Shown here in pieces: positions 60,101 to 64,000 of a stretch of DNA of 64,000 bases (the first letter of the stretch is position 1; each line of letters opens with the position of its first letter). The stretch comes from a virus, in IMG/VR virus record IMGVR_UViG_3300023242_000003, positions 1-64,000 of that record, one strand, 5' to 3'. The position numbers and the translations under genes are program-made. The notes below the pieces were generated by a model, which did no database searches, was not told the DNA's origin, and saw only the letters and a list, made by a program, of their open reading frames with translations.

Positions 60101-61622
60101 TGAAACCAATTTCGTCATAAAATTTAATTGCATAATTTGAATATATTTTTAAGTTGTAAATTTTACAAATACGTTTTTTATTTTTTAATATTGATGATTT
60201 AGATGTTTTTTGTTCTTCATATTTAACATGTGATATAATACCAAAATTAAATAATAAAGTTTGTAGAGTTTGAATTAGTTTTTTAGATGTACTTGAATAT
60301 TTAATATCTTTTATAGTACTCATACCATCACCATCGAACATACCTTGTAAAAATGCTTTAATGACATATTTAGGCATCTTTAATAAAGCTAAAGGTATTT
60401 CTTTATCCCTAGCGTTATGTTTATCCAATCCAAACATTTTAAACCATTCAATTAATTCAGTTGAGTGAAATTGATAATGTCGGTCATCAACTTTTTTAAA
60501 TGCGTTACCTAAACAAGCTTTATCTGTTAATAGAAAATTTGTTATATAATCGTCAATATTTGTGATGGTAATACCTCTTGAATTAAAATTACCCTTAGCT
60601 ACGAATAAACCTAATAAATAAGAAAAATCTAAATTGTCACTAAGCTTTTTAGGTATTGTGATATTTTTATTATTTTTGGTTTTATTGAAAACAAAATTTA
60701 CTTCACTATTATCACTAAAACAATTTTGACCATATTGAATTATTGGTTTGTCACCAATTTTTAAATCGTTCATACGAACCCAATTTTCAGTTCCATTCCT
60801 ATCAATTAAGATAGGATGCTTCCAACTCCCCTCTAATTCAACACCTAATTTAGTTTTTATTTTAAATGTTTGACCATATTCACTAACAAAAGTTTGAGTT
60901 GCATCAACAATATCACCATCTTTATTACAAACTTTATGTGGTAACTCCAAATCAGTAAAACCTATTTTATCTTTTTCAGAAACTAATTCATTAAGTTGAA
61001 TTAAACCATTTTCAGTTAAAATTAACGAATCTTTTGTTAAGCATCCTAATGCAGTAAGTGCGGCACCAAATACTTGAGCCCCGTTATCAATATATGCCGC
61101 CTCATCCATGATAAGGAATGTCGGTGTAAATCCACGCAATGCATCTTTAGATGTAGCTACGGCCTTTACACGACTACCATTAGGTAATCTAATTTCTTTC
61201 TTGGAATCGGTTAAAAAAATAGTTTTACCCTCATTTTTTTTGTTCCCGTAATACTCAGTACCCCAAATCCATCTAGGTAATTGATTTAAAAAGTCTTTAA
61301 TTTTTTCCAAGAACTCAAAAGCTAAGTCTTGTTTATTGGCAATGATAAGTATATTCTCTGGGTTGTCGGCATCAGCCCAACCCACTTTGATAGACATATA
61401 TGCCGCTGTAGTAGTTGATACACCAGCTTGTCTAGGTTTTGTTACGATATTAAATCTATGTTTTTCATATGCGAGTATGATTTCCTTTTGCCTAGGAAAC
61501 AACTTAAAAGGAACGAAACCCTCTTGTGTTTTATCAAATGTTTCCAAATACGTCTCAATAGCGTATGATGTATCCATTAAACCCTTGGTGTATTCCTTAA
61601 GCATCTCAGTTGTGGTTAACAT
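57162..61622 (-). CDS. Terminase large subunit (gp17-like) with two inteins
   Basis: LFPRQ, KPRQAGVST, IMDEAA, LIS..TPNG, GVDVSRGDGEDSS and HDDLLM. Confidence 0.93.
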   Translation of the reverse strand: MLTTTEMLKEYTKGLMDTSYAIETYLETFDKTQEGFVPFKLFPRQKEIILAYEKHRFNIVTKPRQAGVSTTTAAYMSIKVGWADADNPENILIIANKQDLAFEFLEKIKDFLNQLPRWIWGTEYYGNKKNEGKTIFLTDSKKEIRLPNGSRVKAVATSKDALRGFTPTFLIMDEAAYIDNGAQVFGAALTALGCLTKDSLILTENGLIQLNELVSEKDKIGFTDLELPHKVCNKDGDIVDATQTFVSEYGQTFKIKTKLGVELEGSWKHPILIDRNGTENWVRMNDLKIGDKPIIQYGQNCFSDNSEVNFVFNKTKNNKNITIPKKLSDNLDFSYLLGLFVAKGNFNSRGITITNIDDYITNFLLTDKACLGNAFKKVDDRHYQFHSTELIEWFKMFGLDKHNARDKEIPLALLKMPKYVIKAFLQGMFDGDGMSTIKDIKYSSTSKKLIQTLQTLLFNFGIISHVKYEEQKTSKSSILKNKKRICKIYNLKIYSNYAIKFYDEIGFRLDRKQNNKEFLLNKKQNSRFVNVSNKEILEVLQINNIVKTKVRFLERFWESDLNRLSVESLKRLLNLLPNNSFLLSLTEQLKRQELFYIDEIISITESEDYTYDLHVPETNSFISNGIISHNTGGRATLISCVTEDTFIFTDTGLQQMKDIINYNEPDIPNLGYYVKDYNIRGNNISRKSNLIVNNGFQETIKLTTTNSELESTETHKLWSYSNKKNKYDWFTVSELEIGDYVNVQHSFNIFGNNDTIDFTYEFSNREHKPKIVYDKINTDLAYLIGLYLSEGSCYKPKNIDGIIVGCDITITCGDDVSTYISNAGFNYSSHDNLHYKISSKYLGGLLEYLGFDLTLKAPNKLIPKRLLEMGRENIIAMLQGIMDGDGYSDNIRGRIGINLSSKKLIQQIRFLFLNLGILTDYSEGITPPTKKVKVSSQYYRLSSTSIDADKYYDTIGFRFNRKQIKRDQNKLVSYNNRYRIIPNGKNIIRNIINEHKLVKKLSNTGLLVNKIRISNKNKTANLSVNIFNEFIDYFINVLNLDLSRYSIDKINFKDSKWVPITKLEKLKNKTYDVSLPETNDFWCHSVIYNGILGHQTPNGMDSLYYKTYDQAKTKKNNFNIIEMKWYEDLRYNKDLRWLKDDLVEVEVEFTFESYQKRLDDAWKPTSSWYEEMSMGLNNDAKMIAQELDVSFIGSGGNVISEEYIEFQEKNNVKEPAITFGGENEIWVWEEPQEGHQYVMGVDVSRGDGEDSSTIVILDFTTMEQVMEYQGKIQPDLLAQIVEEYGERYKAYTVVDVTGGMGVSTVLKLMEFDYKLLHYDNTNGKILSARQRELSQYDKQNKIPGFHATGVRLPMISNLEYKIRTNGVKIRSSRMVSEMKTFVYKNGRPDHMEGYHDDLLMSMGMALWVIEHSFKNLERLEKQNKAILNSWISGANMPSNPTKPTITTVDKETGKTVTKINQQHTAYRNTQDPRGQYSWLFGGVRKH
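58338..59705 (-). mobile_element. Terminase intein 2 (C-terminal Gln)
   Basis: CVTEDTFIFT...TYDVSLP...ILGHQ/T; LIGLYLSEG and LQGIMDGDG. Confidence 0.88.
59733..61043 (-). mobile_element. Terminase intein 1
   Basis: CLTKDSLILT...TYDLHVP...ISHN/T; LLGLFVAKG and LQGMFDGDG. Confidence 0.9.
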
Positions 61623-61725
61623 ATTGTTTTTACTAATAAATATGGTGAAATAAAGTAAAATGTCTTATGTTAAAAGACAAAGGCCCCAAACGGAGCCCTT
61701 AATCAAATATTATTTGTTCAAAATC

Positions 61726-63045
61726 TTAAAATAATTCCCCAAAATCAAAACCTTCTTCATTATCTTCTTCATTATTTGCATCGTCACTACCTTTAAGACC
61801 CATAAGTTCTTCAAAATCAAAACCTTCAACCTCTTCTTCCGAATCACGGTAGTTTTCTTCACCATAATTACTTATTTCATTCATTGTTTCATTAAACTCA
61901 TCTTCTTGTAAATCAGCTTTAACTTCTTTAACTATCCCTTTTATTATGGCTTTACCCTCTTTAGTCCCACCCATAACTTCTCTCATTTTTATGTTGAACT
62001 CATCAACTGGTAAACTAGCCATTTCAGAATAAATATGGTGTTTTAAGTCAAAATCTTCGGAATCAATTGCGTCAGTAAACTTACCCCATAACGCTGGACC
62101 TATTCTCATATCCCATGGTTCGGCCGATAAAAAATCGGCTTTATTTATTACAAATTCACCAGTTTTTTTATCTTTAGGTAAACCGTGTGCTGAAAGTAAT
62201 TCCATAACACCTTTTACCAATTCATGTATAAGTACTGGAAAAACCATTGCTTGTACATGTATAATAGCTTTTGGGTTAGATTGTGTTGGGAATTGAACCC
62301 TAACAACACCTCCAGTAGTACCATTTTCCATTTCAGGTATAACATAATACATATAATCAGCAGCCGCCATCATCTTAGCATATTTGCTAGCTAATCTAGG
62401 CTCCATCGCAGTTAATTCTTCGTCAACCATGTGGAACATATGGTTACATTTTTTAGCGGCACCTTGGGTCATTGCGTTAAGGAAACGTCTTTTATAAACT
62501 TCTTTATTTGCTTTAACCATATCTTCATGGTTATTAAACTCCATTTCAGTAGTCATTGGTTTAGGGTTTTTCTTAGTACCAACTAGACTAATTCTAGGTG
62601 TTAATTCAGCGTGTATTTCAACAATGTCTTCACCCATATCGTATTCTTCTCTAATCATTCTAACAGCTAAATCTTCTAACTTTTTTTTGTGTTTAGATTC
62701 TAACGACATAGATTCATTTACTAGCGGCATCATTTCACCAACTAATTTACTATTGTCAATACTGTCACAGTCAAATGCTCTTTTATATCTAGTGGCTACC
62801 TCGTTAAAACGTTCACCCATTATTTTTTGGTCAAAAGAAGCTTCATCACCTTCTGGAAACACAGGGTGTTTTCCTAAAGAATGTTTACGTTCAGCTAGTT
62901 CACTTTCCAATTGAGGGTGCATTCTTTCGTTAAGCCCATCTGGATATACAACACTTTCATTAAGTTTTGGTTTCTCAGGCTTTGCTGCTTTAGCTAACTT
63001 AGCTTTTCTTAAAGCTTCTTCTGCTATTTTTTTATAATCTGCCAT
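61726..63045 (-). CDS. Hypothetical protein with acidic C-terminal tail
   Basis: 439-aa ORF; FPVLIHELVKG motif. Confidence 0.65.
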   Translation of the reverse strand: MADYKKIAEEALRKAKLAKAAKPEKPKLNESVVYPDGLNERMHPQLESELAERKHSLGKHPVFPEGDEASFDQKIMGERFNEVATRYKRAFDCDSIDNSKLVGEMMPLVNESMSLESKHKKKLEDLAVRMIREEYDMGEDIVEIHAELTPRISLVGTKKNPKPMTTEMEFNNHEDMVKANKEVYKRRFLNAMTQGAAKKCNHMFHMVDEELTAMEPRLASKYAKMMAAADYMYYVIPEMENGTTGGVVRVQFPTQSNPKAIIHVQAMVFPVLIHELVKGVMELLSAHGLPKDKKTGEFVINKADFLSAEPWDMRIGPALWGKFTDAIDSEDFDLKHHIYSEMASLPVDEFNIKMREVMGGTKEGKAIIKGIVKEVKADLQEDEFNETMNEISNYGEENYRDSEEEVEGFDFEELMGLKGSDDANNEEDNEEGFDFGELF

Positions 63046-64000
63046 TATTTAATATCTTTTGCTTTGATTGTTTTTATTACTTTCTTTTTCCTCAACGATT
63101 CTAATAATTGATTTTTGGTAATTCTTTTCGTTTCAGCTAGTGCTGCTGGTTCTTCTGCACCATCTTTAGCTATATCTTTAAACGAAGCCATCAACGTACT
63201 TAATTTATTCAAAGGAACCCCAATTTCGTTGGCCATTGCTTGTAAGAATTGAACTTGTTCTATCGGTTTATCTAGTTTTGACAAAGCTATACTAAACTTA
63301 TCTTTTATTAATTTAGATAATTTTTTAACGTCAGCTTGCAGTTTAGAAGTATCGGTACCATTACCCATATCTTCGGTTTCAACTATATCTTTTTTAAAAT
63401 AATCACCTAATCTAAATTTTTTAAGTGTCCTAGCATCCATATAATCTTCACCATCACCTAATTTTTGACCAGAAGTCATCATTTCTTTAGTGGTTTTAAA
63501 TCTAGCTGTTACTTTACCATTATCTATGTTAACAAAGAAATGCTTATGCCCCTCTAAATCTCTGAGATTAAGGTAGTCAATAAAACCTTCCTTATCGTGG
63601 TATTCTCTTTCATCGTCAGCAAAGCCGTAACCTTCTTCTTCAATTGGCATACTTTTACATTCTTTTTCTAACATTGGCTTTGCCACTCTAGATTCAAATT
63701 CTTCAATTGAATGAATCATATTTTCACCAGCATCGTTCATGTCGTCATGACAGAAAACTGCCATTACAATTTGTTTAGATTTGTCAATACCTCTAATCAT
63801 TTGATATCTTTTATCTGCAATAGTAAATGATTGTGAAACTTTACCTGTTTTTGAATCCTTAACGTTAGAAAGATATTTGATAGTTGCTTGGTCTTTTGGT
63901 TCTATCACTGCGTTGTCTTCTTTCAAAGAAGAATTGAATAAATGGGCAAATTCAGCGCTTGGACGAAAAGTTGCATCTTGACCTTTTAAATCTTTAAGGG
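63045..64000 (-). CDS. Hypothetical protein, 5' end outside window
   Basis: The ORF-track frame stays open upstream of 63926 to the window edge. Confidence 0.6.
   Translation of the reverse strand, partial: LKDLKGQDATFRPSAEFAHLFNSSLKEDNAVIEPKDQATIKYLSNVKDSKTGKVSQSFTIADKRYQMIRGIDKSKQIVMAVFCHDDMNDAGENMIHSIEEFESRVAKPMLEKECKSMPIEEEGYGFADDEREYHDKEGFIDYLNLRDLEGHKHFFVNIDNGKVTARFKTTKEMMTSGQKLGDGEDYMDARTLKKFRLGDYFKKDIVETEDMGNGTDTSKLQADVKKLSKLIKDKFSIALSKLDKPIEQVQFLQAMANEIGVPLNKLSTLMASFKDIAKDGAEEPAALAETKRITKNQLLESLRKKKVIKTIKAKDIK

Overview
AT-rich segment of a large T4-like (myovirus/jumbo-type) phage genome. The host is probably Bacteroidota: TAnnTTTG -7 promoter boxes, no Shine-Dalgarno sequences, and a signal peptide followed by Gln. 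The window holds head morphogenesis genes (terminase, portal, prohead protease, scaffold, major capsid), neck/tail/baseplate and fibre genes, a family B DNA polymerase, an SNF2-like helicase, a gp55-like sigma factor, nucleotide-metabolism genes and a glycosyltransferase cluster. It is heavily parasitised, with six cis-inteins and a 'fractured' IMPDH/GMPR gene carrying a split intein around a free-standing endonuclease. The most striking structure is at 6.6-10.9 kb: three antisense cassettes share one layout of phage promoter, TGT-N4-ACA operator, ribbon-helix-helix (RHH) gene and nuclease (HNH, Vsr/PD-(D/E)xK or TnpB). Two sit inside conserved genes and supply a recoded replacement for the gene end they displace, and the orphaned original ends are still visible. 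The third (RHH+TnpB, 17-bp inverted repeats, 4-bp direct repeat) is nested in the HNH gene of the first and truncates it. Other oddities are an 8-nt stop-containing interruption between matched Ser codons in a glycosyltransferase (candidate ribosomal hop) and a gene bracketed by a perfect 15-bp inverted repeat with a structured 5' leader. All product calls are by-eye motif recognition; no database searches were run.
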